Source of the DNA: Nitrosopumilaceae archaeon
Lineage (GTDB): Archaea; Thermoproteota; Nitrososphaeria; Nitrososphaerales; Nitrosopumilaceae
Direction: 5' to 3'
Length of the DNA stretch: 10,493 nt
NCBI GenBank assembly: GCA_050749225.1
Contig: JBOGQR010000051.1
Span: 1 to 10,493, forward strand
Each line of letters starts with the position of its first letter. Position 1 is the first letter of the stretch. This document shows positions 1 through 6,959 of the stretch, one piece after another. The translations under genes and the position numbers were made by a program. Under the pieces are notes generated by a model that had not been told where the DNA came from, made no database searches, and saw only the letters and a list, made by a program, of their open reading frames with translations.

Positions 1-849
1 GATCTACTAGTATCAAACAAGGCGACTGAAAAAATAGTAAAGAATTTTCTTGCCCTGTACAGGGAAGGCAAGGCAACTAACAGGTTTCAGAAAAAACGTT
101 CCAAGGACATCAGAATTGTAACTTATTACATCGCTCAATCTGTTCGAGATTTTTGTGGATATCATGGAATGATGTGGAAGCGTGGAGTGACTGGCGTTAT
201 GTCACAAAAAATCCTAAGCCATGGAAAATATGCTGACAAGAGATTAACTGATGAAGAGATGGAAAGAGCAGACCAGTTCATTAAATCAAAATGGGGTCTT
301 GATTCTGATGTGTATAGATGGTTCTGGATTGGGATAGAAAGCTGTGCGAGGTTTTCTGCTCTACATAACATGAGCCTTGAATATACAAAGCATGTTAGCA
401 AAAAGACTGGCAAGGTAACCTACATCATGACAGCATATGAGACCAAAACAAAACACATCAAGGGTGGCAAGTGGATAAAATACATTACGAGACCTGACAC
501 ACAAAAATCAATAGATCTTCTAAAGACAAGAGGTGGGACAAGAATCTATGAATCAAAAGAAGCTGATTTTCCTTTTACTCAAATGATTTCAAAAAGCATG
601 AAAGAAGTCTATTCGTTTTTGGGTAAAACAGAATATTTTGAAAACCATCCTACACATGCATTAAGACATATCGGGGCTCATTACTGGCTGGCAAGAAAAA
701 ACTACAACTATGGACTTGTTGCCTTGATTGGAGGATGGATTACGATTGATGAACTGAGGAAAAGTTATGGTGAAATGCCGCCTGAAAAAGTACTTGAGAT
801 AATAGAAGAAAATGATAACAGACTTGAGATTAGTCCACTTTTACATTAG
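1..849 (+). CDS. Tyrosine recombinase / phage-type integrase, 5'-truncated by the window edge
   Basis: Frame 1 has no stop from base 1 to the TAG at 847-849, so the ORF-track ATG at 169 is internal and the gene enters from the left. Catalytic-domain motifs read directly: 'IESCARFSAL' (box I Arg), 'HALRHIGAHYWL' (H-x-x-R), 'GGWITIDELRKSYGE' (W/H position plus catalytic Tyr). Confidence 0.8.
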   Translation, partial: DLLVSNKATEKIVKNFLALYREGKATNRFQKKRSKDIRIVTYYIAQSVRDFCGYHGMMWKRGVTGVMSQKILSHGKYADKRLTDEEMERADQFIKSKWGLDSDVYRWFWIGIESCARFSALHNMSLEYTKHVSKKTGKVTYIMTAYETKTKHIKGGKWIKYITRPDTQKSIDLLKTRGGTRIYESKEADFPFTQMISKSMKEVYSFLGKTEYFENHPTHALRHIGAHYWLARKNYNYGLVALIGGWITIDELRKSYGEMPPEKVLEIIEENDNRLEISPLLH

Positions 850-876
850 TTTGGATCCTATGGGGTCCAGCTACCT

Positions 877-904
877 CGTGGTCTTATATTAGACCTATTT
901 TCTT
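877..904 (+). terminator. Hairpin (ggtct-tatatt-agacc) followed by T-rich run tattttctt, just downstream of the integrase stop
   Basis: 5-bp stem 880-884/891-895 with a 6-nt loop, then a T-rich tract at 896-904. Archaeal termination commonly uses oligo-T. The stem-loop resembles the hairpins at 8433 and 10103. Confidence 0.25.
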
Positions 905-919
905 CGTAAACCAATATTT

Positions 920-972
920 TACATGATTTTTACGATCGTGATTCGCAATTTAACAGATACATGATTTCGATC
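920..972. repeat. Direct repeat 'tacatgattt(tta)cgatc' x2 in the integrase-proximal spacer
   Basis: 920-937 'tacatgattttTAcgatc' and 958-972 'tacatgatttcgatc' are identical except for a 3-nt insertion. The copies start 38 nt apart. Function unknown. Confidence 0.5.
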
Positions 973-1023
973 CATTTTAAGTTTGATGTTGTAAATCTAC
1001 ATGCAAATTAATCTCTCTATTTC

Positions 1024-4000
1024 TTATTTTATCATTCCATTTGCATACAGGTACTTGACAGCATTCACAAATTCCTGTTCTGTCATTTCATCATTTACAA
1101 CCCACTTGGTTGTCTTCATCATCCAAGATGGTATGTGATTAGCTTTAATTCCAAGTTTTGATAATAGTTCAGAATCTGAAATAGAAGTTGGAGTATAACC
1201 TCCCCATTCTTTTATTACAGTTATCAAATCTGTTTGGTTTGAAGCAGTGGATTGCGGTAGTATTGCAGGCTGTATTTGGATAACTGAGTTATTATCATTC
1301 ATATTTGATCCTACAACCTGCCACGCATTTGATATGTATGTATCCGCAGAATACAAGTCGGATCCCCATGTTCTAACTATGATATCAGATGTTGGCATTG
1401 GATTTGCAAATGTTATATCAACATCAAGCTCAAACTTGCCGTCACTTGTTTGTGTCGGATTGGCAGAGGCAGAACCAAAGAAGTTGTGCGGATCAACTAT
1501 TGACAGTTGCGAGTTTCTATCCCATGTTATCATAGTATCGCTGTCTCCGATGTTTCTTTTGTTCCCATACAGATCAGTGAAGAGTGTTACATGTTGAACA
1601 GATGACGGTCCACTGTCCCCATAAAGGAAAATTTTCAGAACAATCGACTTGCCTGTATGAATCACTTGTGTCTGTACTGGACTATTTTGATAACTGTCAA
1701 GATTAATGCCTGTTCCATTAATTACCAACGGATATCGGTTTGGTGCAAATCCTACTGTAAAGGAAGGTGCAAAGCCAGGTGTCTTGTCACCTTTACTTGT
1801 TGATGGTACAAACAAACCTCCCGGATCAGATATGATACCATTTGCCAGACCATCAGCATCTCCCAAGCCGCCATCTGTTATGCTTATCGTCATAGTATTG
1901 CCGCTTATTCCAGTAATTAGTGAAGAGAGGTTAGTCCAAGTTCCTGTCGAGAATTTCCAATATTGAGCATTTGAAGGAATTGTAGAAGGGAAGCTAAAAG
2001 TTATTGGTACTTTCTGTCCTATGACAAGACCTGTAATCTTCCAAGAAAACAGTCCGTATGGGAATTTTCCTGATGGAATATCTGAGGTTGCAAGGTTTGA
2101 GGTAGATATCGCACTAAGATCAGATATTGAATTTGGTGCAGAGATTCCAACAATGCCAGCATCATTTGATGCAGGTATCAACATTGGGGTTAGCACTGAT
2201 GATGATCCACCATTACTGCTACTAGGACCACTGTATACAATATTTGTATCCACAATAATTCTAATTACTTGAGTAAGTGATGGGTTTTCTTCCACGTATA
2301 CCTGTTCAAAGAGATGTCCTTCATTTGTTACCTCAAAGACAAGATTCCAGTTGTATGATGTAATATCACATGTTTTGTTAAAAGACACCCCCATAGATAC
2401 CCCACTTACAATAGTGTAATTGTATCCACTAACTTTTGATTCAAATTCAGATGAATTCTGGGCAAGCAGTATTGCTTTGGTCTGATTAAACAAAGATGAG
2501 AGTTGTCTGGTTTGCATTTCTAATTTATGCATACAATCTAAGAGGTCAAATGGAGTTGTGGAATTTACAGCGTTTGAGAAATATACTGTGGAATTGGTAT
2601 AATTTTTCAAGAAGAATGTGGAACCGGTGGAATTTGAGAACGATAATTTGGAATTGCTAAAGTTTGAAAGTGATAATGTAGAATTACTAAAGCCTGAAAA
2701 AGACAGAACCGCATTATCAAAATTTGAAAAAGACGGAGACGAATTGCTAAAACCAGAAAGAGACAGTAGTGAGTTACTAAAACTTGAATTTCCGACTATA
2801 AATGGCAACACAAGAGATGGAGAGAGTTGAATGGGATTATCAATAGATTTTATTATATAAATTTGAGCAATATATCCTCCGCTGGTAACAAGTGTCAATG
2901 ATTGTGCTGGATCAAGGGACTGGTGAGGTGTAAGGGTTCCTGAAATCCAAGAAGCATCTATCACATTCCCATTCTTGTCCAGAATATTAACAAGATATGT
3001 AAATGGCTGATTACTATTCTCACGATTTGTGATTTGGGCTGTTATTTGGATTTGTTGATTTGGATAGATTGATGTCAATGTGTTGCCAAGAGAATCTACC
3101 AATCTTGGATATCTAGAGTCCACAGTGCTTGGTGTAGAAGAATTTGTAGTCGTATTTGAAGTAGCATTATAGTTGAATGATAAATTGTTTTGTAGTGTTC
3201 CACCATATTCTACCATGATAGTATAATTTCCCGTTACTCTAAAAAGTGGGCCACCGGCTTTGATGACTGTAGAGAATGTACCATTACTTGTAACATTTGC
3301 TTGCACAATTTGAACAAAATTATGATTTGGATCAAGAATCAATAGTATTGCTGTTCCACCTTGGATAGGTGTATTCACAATACCAGAGAGAGAAACTGGC
3401 GTAATATTATAACTAATAGATCCTCCGCCCTCAACTACTATCGTTGTCGCAAGTGGTTGAGAAAGTGGCAATGGATTATCGATACTTTGTAAGACAAAGA
3501 TTTCAGCAGTGTATGTACCAGACGTATGAGGTGTCCATGATTGTGCTGGAGTGAGTGTCTGATTGGCAGTCAATGTACCAGTAATCCAAGACAGTGATAC
3601 TGTTACTCCATTTTGATCTTGGATTTGCACTAGATATGCAAATGGCTGATCCCTATTCTGATTGTTAGTCAAGTCAGCAGCGATTTGCATCTGCTGTCCT
3701 GCAATAACTGGACTTGTAATTGTATTACCAAACGAGTCAACGATTCTTGGGTCAGATGCCGATACTCTTTCAGGCGGAGGGACAATACCGACTAATGTTG
3801 TAGATGTCAATCTTAACTGATAAGCTGGTGTGTATGGAGCGGGCAGTGTTCTATCTTGGTATTCACCAGTGACTGTGTCACCTTCTGCTACGTGTAATCT
3901 GTTACCTGAAGACTGGAAGTTCGTTGTAAAGTACACTGTACCTTGGAAGATTCCAGTGTTTGATCCAGTTTCAGTCATGTTGAATTTGATACCGCCAGAA

Positions 4001-5370
4001 TCAGAGTCAGACCAAGTATTTGTGTAAAACCTGTCTATTGCATTTGGATTGAGGTTCATGTCTGGATCTACTATTTGTAATACTCCTTGACCGTTAGACG
4101 GATAGCTTGATTCTAACCAAGTTACATTACCGACATTCCAATGAATTGGTGCGAAAGCAACAACCGTTTGGTTTAGAGTTTGAAACGATACAGATATTCC
4201 ATCACTGTCTTGTGATGGAAGTAATCCATCATTTGGTCCAATTCCTGATGGTCCTGTACCTGTTGGCTCTGTACCTTGACCATCAATACCTCCTACACCC
4301 TTGATCAGCGGATTACCTGTTAGAGTGACATAACCGGTGAAGTTACCTGTATTGGGTCCTGTCTCTATTAACTTGTATTGTGATATGGTGTGACCTCTTG
4401 TCGATATTGTTATTTTGCTTGTTGTGGTGTTGCCAATTATATCGATTTTGGTTGGATCAAGATTTTGATCTGGTGCGATTACAGTTATGTTAACCCGGTT
4501 AGTCCACGTGTATGATGTTTTGTCTAGTTCAACTATATTTTGTATAGGCAGTACTTGGGCATTATTAATTACATAAGTTGTTGCATTAAGTCTTAATTGA
4601 TCAGCTTGTGCATGTAGTGCAGGTAACGTTCTGTCGGTGTATTCTCCAATAATCGTGTTATTTCCTGAGGATATATGCAATCTGTTACCTGATGAAGTAT
4701 CATTGGTAAAGTCGACCGTGCCTTGAAAGATTCCTGTATTTGATCCAGTTTCAGTCATCGGTATTAAGACACCTGCAAAATCAGAGTTTGACCAAACTGG
4801 AGTAAAGAACGAATTTGTAGCATTTGGATTGAGATGCATATCTGGATCGATTATCTGTAACACCTTACTGCTTGGTGTATGATCTGAAGGTAACCAAGTT
4901 ACCTGACCAACATTCCATCTGATCATTGCTAGTGAACCAGTTGCATTATGGTCTTGAGTTTGAAATAAAACCGATATACCATCACTATCTTCTGCTGGCA
5001 ATAATCCATCTGTTGGACCGATTCCAGATGGTCCAAGACCACTTGGATTAGTACCATTTCCATCAACACCGACAGGACCTTTTAGGGTTGGATCACCAGT
5101 AAGGGTAACATAACCAGTGAAGATTCCAGTATTTGGTCCTGTCTCCACTAACGCATAAGGTGAAATGGTATTACCTCGGTCAGATATTGTTATTTTGTTT
5201 GTGTCGTTATTGCCGATTGTTTCGATTTTGTTTGAATCAAGATTTTGATCTGGTGCGGTTACAGTAATTTTGACTATGTCAGTCCATGTGTATGGCGACT
5301 TGTCTAGCTCAACTATAGGTGTGATAGCTGCAGCATTATATGTTGAAAATGATGCGATACAGACCAACAC
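1024..5370 (-). CDS. Very large secreted cell-surface protein (adhesin / S-layer-like), multi-domain beta-sandwich repeats, probably heavily N-glycosylated
   Basis: Uninterrupted 1448-codon ORF. N-terminal hydrophobic signal '...IFILSLLAVLVCIASFSTYNAAA|ITP' (extends upstream of the GTG at 5370, see findings). Two 260-aa tandem modules carry recurrent 'ETG(P/S)NTG(I/N)F(T/Q)G' and 'DPD(M/Q)NL(N/D)P' motifs. Duplicated ~110-aa domain ('QPFAYLVQIQDQNGVTVSLSWITGTL' / 'QPFTYLVNILDKNGNVIDASWISGTL'). FSNS low-complexity tract. Domain ending 'TISITDGGLGDADGLANGIISDPGG'. C-terminal 'IPSWMMKTTKWVVNDEMTEQEFVNAVKYLYANGMIK'. Many N-x-S/T sequons throughout. Confidence 0.9.
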   Translation of the reverse strand: MLVCIASFSTYNAAAITPIVELDKSPYTWTDIVKITVTAPDQNLDSNKIETIGNNDTNKITISDRGNTISPYALVETGPNTGIFTGYVTLTGDPTLKGPVGVDGNGTNPSGLGPSGIGPTDGLLPAEDSDGISVLFQTQDHNATGSLAMIRWNVGQVTWLPSDHTPSSKVLQIIDPDMHLNPNATNSFFTPVWSNSDFAGVLIPMTETGSNTGIFQGTVDFTNDTSSGNRLHISSGNNTIIGEYTDRTLPALHAQADQLRLNATTYVINNAQVLPIQNIVELDKTSYTWTNRVNITVIAPDQNLDPTKIDIIGNTTTSKITISTRGHTISQYKLIETGPNTGNFTGYVTLTGNPLIKGVGGIDGQGTEPTGTGPSGIGPNDGLLPSQDSDGISVSFQTLNQTVVAFAPIHWNVGNVTWLESSYPSNGQGVLQIVDPDMNLNPNAIDRFYTNTWSDSDSGGIKFNMTETGSNTGIFQGTVYFTTNFQSSGNRLHVAEGDTVTGEYQDRTLPAPYTPAYQLRLTSTTLVGIVPPPERVSASDPRIVDSFGNTITSPVIAGQQMQIAADLTNNQNRDQPFAYLVQIQDQNGVTVSLSWITGTLTANQTLTPAQSWTPHTSGTYTAEIFVLQSIDNPLPLSQPLATTIVVEGGGSISYNITPVSLSGIVNTPIQGGTAILLILDPNHNFVQIVQANVTSNGTFSTVIKAGGPLFRVTGNYTIMVEYGGTLQNNLSFNYNATSNTTTNSSTPSTVDSRYPRLVDSLGNTLTSIYPNQQIQITAQITNRENSNQPFTYLVNILDKNGNVIDASWISGTLTPHQSLDPAQSLTLVTSGGYIAQIYIIKSIDNPIQLSPSLVLPFIVGNSSFSNSLLSLSGFSNSSPSFSNFDNAVLSFSGFSNSTLSLSNFSNSKLSFSNSTGSTFFLKNYTNSTVYFSNAVNSTTPFDLLDCMHKLEMQTRQLSSLFNQTKAILLAQNSSEFESKVSGYNYTIVSGVSMGVSFNKTCDITSYNWNLVFEVTNEGHLFEQVYVEENPSLTQVIRIIVDTNIVYSGPSSSNGGSSSVLTPMLIPASNDAGIVGISAPNSISDLSAISTSNLATSDIPSGKFPYGLFSWKITGLVIGQKVPITFSFPSTIPSNAQYWKFSTGTWTNLSSLITGISGNTMTISITDGGLGDADGLANGIISDPGGLFVPSTSKGDKTPGFAPSFTVGFAPNRYPLVINGTGINLDSYQNSPVQTQVIHTGKSIVLKIFLYGDSGPSSVQHVTLFTDLYGNKRNIGDSDTMITWDRNSQLSIVDPHNFFGSASANPTQTSDGKFELDVDITFANPMPTSDIIVRTWGSDLYSADTYISNAWQVVGSNMNDNNSVIQIQPAILPQSTASNQTDLITVIKEWGGYTPTSISDSELLSKLGIKANHIPSWMMKTTKWVVNDEMTEQEFVNAVKYLYANGMIK
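2548..2790 (-). repeat. Imperfect ~30-nt coding tandem repeat encoding an S/N/F-rich tract (FSNSxLSLSx units)
   Basis: aa 861-941: 'NSSFSNSLLSLSGFSNSSPSFSNFDNAVLSFSGFSNSTLSLSNFSNSKLSFSNSTGSTFFLKNYTNSTVYFSNAVNSTTPF'. Repeated DNA units such as 'gaattgctaaa' / 'gaattactaaa' / 'gagttactaaa'. Dense N-S-S/T sequons. Confidence 0.7.
3787..5325 (-). repeat. Tandem in-frame duplication, period exactly 780 nt (260 aa), two copies inside the large CDS
   Basis: Copy 1 is aa 16-275 (4546..5325) and copy 2 is aa 276-528 (3787..4545). The 'VELDK' Val codons lie at 5313 and 4533, exactly 780 nt apart. Long near-identical DNA stretches, e.g. 'tttgatccagtttcagtcat' in both 4739-4758 and 3959-3978, and 'caagattttgatctggtgcg' near 4458 and 5238. 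Confidence 0.85.
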
Positions 5371-5403
5371 AGCAAGTAATGAAAGAATGAAAATTTTGTT
5401 TAT

Positions 5404-5423
5404 GTTTTCAACCTCTATATAAT
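5404..5423 (-). promoter_or_regulatory. Candidate TATA-like box (minus-strand 'attatata') and SD-like GAGGT upstream of the large gene
   Basis: The minus strand reads '...ttaatattatatagaGAGGTtgaaaacATAaacaaaatt'. GAGGT (5415..5411) lies 7 nt upstream of an in-frame ATA (5403..5401). The A/T-rich box is at 5416..5423. No experimental support. Confidence 0.3.
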
Positions 5424-5616
5424 ATTAACAAGTTGTATAAAAGATAATAATTAAAAAAGTTAGATTCATTCATAATTTTAGAATCAATTTGTGTTAGACC
5501 CTCTTACAGGTTTGAACTCTATTCGTCTATAAATTAACAGCAAACGAGTTTATCGACAAAGAGTAAAAATGGTTTACCCCCTTTTACACACAAAGATATG
5601 CTGTTGTCGTAAAACC

Positions 5617-6618
5617 TTACTTAGAGAATTTATCAGAGGATCTATTGAGTTGTGGGAACCGGTCAACGGCTGTAGCAGATTCGCCTCCTCCAATTATGTT
5701 TCCCGTCTTTGAATCAACAAAATATGTAAAAGAAAATATTTTCCAATTTCCAGACGTAATCCAAACAAATTGTTTAATTTTTTCCGGTTGTAAATATTTT
5801 TGATTATAATGATTTATTACTATTGTTTGATTAAATTTGATAGCATTATGGTTTTCATCTAAAGTATAAAGCAGAAAATGTGGAATATTGTCTGTGGTTG
5901 TGAGATATCTTAAAAATCCCAGAATTGCTCTAGTATCATAATGGTTTGTATCATTTCTAAATTTAATTACCCCATCAGAAGCTTGCTCTTCGGATACGAA
6001 TTGGTTCATTGATAAATTCCAATTACGTTCTACAAGACGTTGTGCTGTTTCCTGACTTACACAAGCAGGAAATTCCTTCTCAGATTTTATTATAATGATA
6101 AAACTCTCTTTACATTGAATATCTTTAGCAGAAATTCCAGATTTGAATTGTTTTAATGGTAATGACATTGGTGGCTTTTCTACCGCAAGACATTCTTTTC
6201 CCTTCTCATAAGGGTCTGGGTGTACATCAAGTACCAATCCATATTCAATTTCAATTTCTTGAGTGTGACCCATCGGTACATCAAAGTGTAAAATTCTTCC
6301 ATTGTCAGTAAACTGTTCATAATAATTAGTTGGCGTCTCTCCATCCAAGAATACAACTGAATGATCTGGTTTACAATTAGAATCTGCAACATACCATACT
6401 TTCTTTGGTATGTTTAGAGTAATAGAGCCATCTTTGTCCATAGAAAAATTGACAATTATCACAGGCAAGTTACCTTCGATGTGAATCCTGTCAATAGTAC
6501 CTCCTTCTATTTGGTAAGTGATTTTTGGTTCAGAATTTTTAATATCGGCAAAAACACTTGGAGATAAAATAATTACAACTATTAGTGATATTATGATTAT
6601 ACAAAACAAGTAATTCAT
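5617..6618 (-). CDS. Secreted hypothetical protein (333 aa) with beta-sandwich-like N-domain and a two-Cys 'PLKQFKSG...C...PACV...ERNW' module
   Basis: ATG start at 6618. Signal peptide 'MNYLFCIIIISLIVVIILSPSVFA|DIKN'. The module 'LPLKQFKSGISAKDIQCKESFIIIIKSEKEFPACVSQETAQRLVERNW' is shared with the 6960..8399 product. The N-domain 'ITYQIEGGTIDRI...GSITLNIPKKV...VVFLDGE...GRILHFDVPMGHTQEIEIEYG' is paralogous to modules in the neighbouring genes. Confidence 0.85.
   Translation of the reverse strand: MNYLFCIIIISLIVVIILSPSVFADIKNSEPKITYQIEGGTIDRIHIEGNLPVIIVNFSMDKDGSITLNIPKKVWYVADSNCKPDHSVVFLDGETPTNYYEQFTDNGRILHFDVPMGHTQEIEIEYGLVLDVHPDPYEKGKECLAVEKPPMSLPLKQFKSGISAKDIQCKESFIIIIKSEKEFPACVSQETAQRLVERNWNLSMNQFVSEEQASDGVIKFRNDTNHYDTRAILGFLRYLTTTDNIPHFLLYTLDENHNAIKFNQTIVINHYNQKYLQPEKIKQFVWITSGNWKIFSFTYFVDSKTGNIIGGGESATAVDRFPQLNRSSDKFSK
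6107..6150. repeat. Perfect 44-nt inverted copy of 7470..7513 (inside the two-Cys module of two paralogues)
   Basis: The reverse complement of 6107..6150 is 'caattcaaatctggaatttctgctaaagatattcaatgtaaaga', which equals 7470..7513 exactly. Flanking codons are diverged. Confidence 0.9.
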
Positions 6619-6638
6619 ACGAGATTGTAATTTTGATC

Positions 6639-6645
6639 ATATTTA
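6639..6645 (-). promoter_or_regulatory. Candidate TATA box (minus-strand 'taaatat') for 5617..6618
   Basis: It starts 27 nt upstream of the ATG at 6618, which is consistent with a leaderless or near-leaderless archaeal transcript. Sequence-only call. Confidence 0.3.
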
Positions 6646-6698
6646 CGGATTCCAACAAATCATAACCTTCAGGTTCAGACCTGTAAGAATCCGTACTG

Positions 6699-6761
6699 CA
6701 ATTTATCAGTAATCTCTAATAGCAATGTTATTTCATAACAAACACGAAAAGACTACATCTT
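6699..6761. repeat. Left arm of a 63-nt inverted repeat covering the TATA-like box, a conserved ATG and the first ~12 codons of the + strand gene
   Basis: 'caatttatcagtaatctctaatagcaATGttatttcataacaaacacgaaaagactacatctt' against the reverse complement of 9916..9978: 57/63 identical, with a perfect 29-nt core (6703..6731 = rc 9946..9974). Weaker similarity continues upstream (ctgtaagaatcc 6681-6692 vs ctgtaggatcc, rc of 9989-9999). Confidence 0.9.
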
Positions 6762-6959
6762 TCAATAATTATAATTCTCAGTGGAATTCTTGTTATTACA
6801 AACAATCTGGCATTTGCCGATAATACGAATCAACACGTAATTATTGATGGAACTATTTCTCAAGAAGGCTGTAATGTCATAAATGGTACTATAACACAGG
6901 CAACTGACATACAAAACACAACAATCCAGTTATGTAATTATCATGACAAACACTTCAAA

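Noticed and set aside
162-413. 83-aa ORF antisense to the integrase gene
   Set aside because: It lies entirely inside and opposite a well-supported CDS with recognisable recombinase motifs. It has no motif or signal of its own. Typical shadow ORF.
2618-2830. 70-aa E/L/K-rich repetitive ORF ('ELLKFESDNVELLKPEKD...') that looks like a coiled-coil peptide
   Set aside because: It is the antisense reading of the FSNS coding repeat. Periodic repeats often stay open on both strands, and it has no promoter-like context of its own.
1247-4304. Plus-strand ORFs 1247..1597, 1706..1966, 2021..2272, 3830..4027 and 4107..4304
   Set aside because: All are antisense shadows within the 1448-codon minus-strand ORF, whose repeats and motifs clearly define the coding strand.
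6180-6392. 70-aa minus-strand ORF in an alternative frame of 5617..6618
   Set aside because: It overlaps the supported frame, which carries the signal peptide and the paralogue-conserved modules. Its composition is typical of an off-frame translation.
5502-6688. 16-nt inverted match 'tcttacaggtttgaac' (5502..5517) vs the reverse complement of 6673..6688 (15/16), flanking the 5617..6618 gene like terminal inverted repeats
   Set aside because: It is too short to separate from chance in 10 kb compared on both strands. There are no target-site duplications and no transposase. I kept only the local palindrome at 6645..6694 as a finding.
6725-6823. Calling the 32-codon ATG-frame ORF (MLFHNKHEKTTSFNNYNSQWNSCYYKQSGICR) a genuine small protein gene
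   Set aside because: Only its first ~12 codons are conserved in the second copy. Beyond that it overlaps, out of frame, a clear signal-peptide coding region. It is treated as part of the start-codon/frameshift puzzle rather than as a separate gene.
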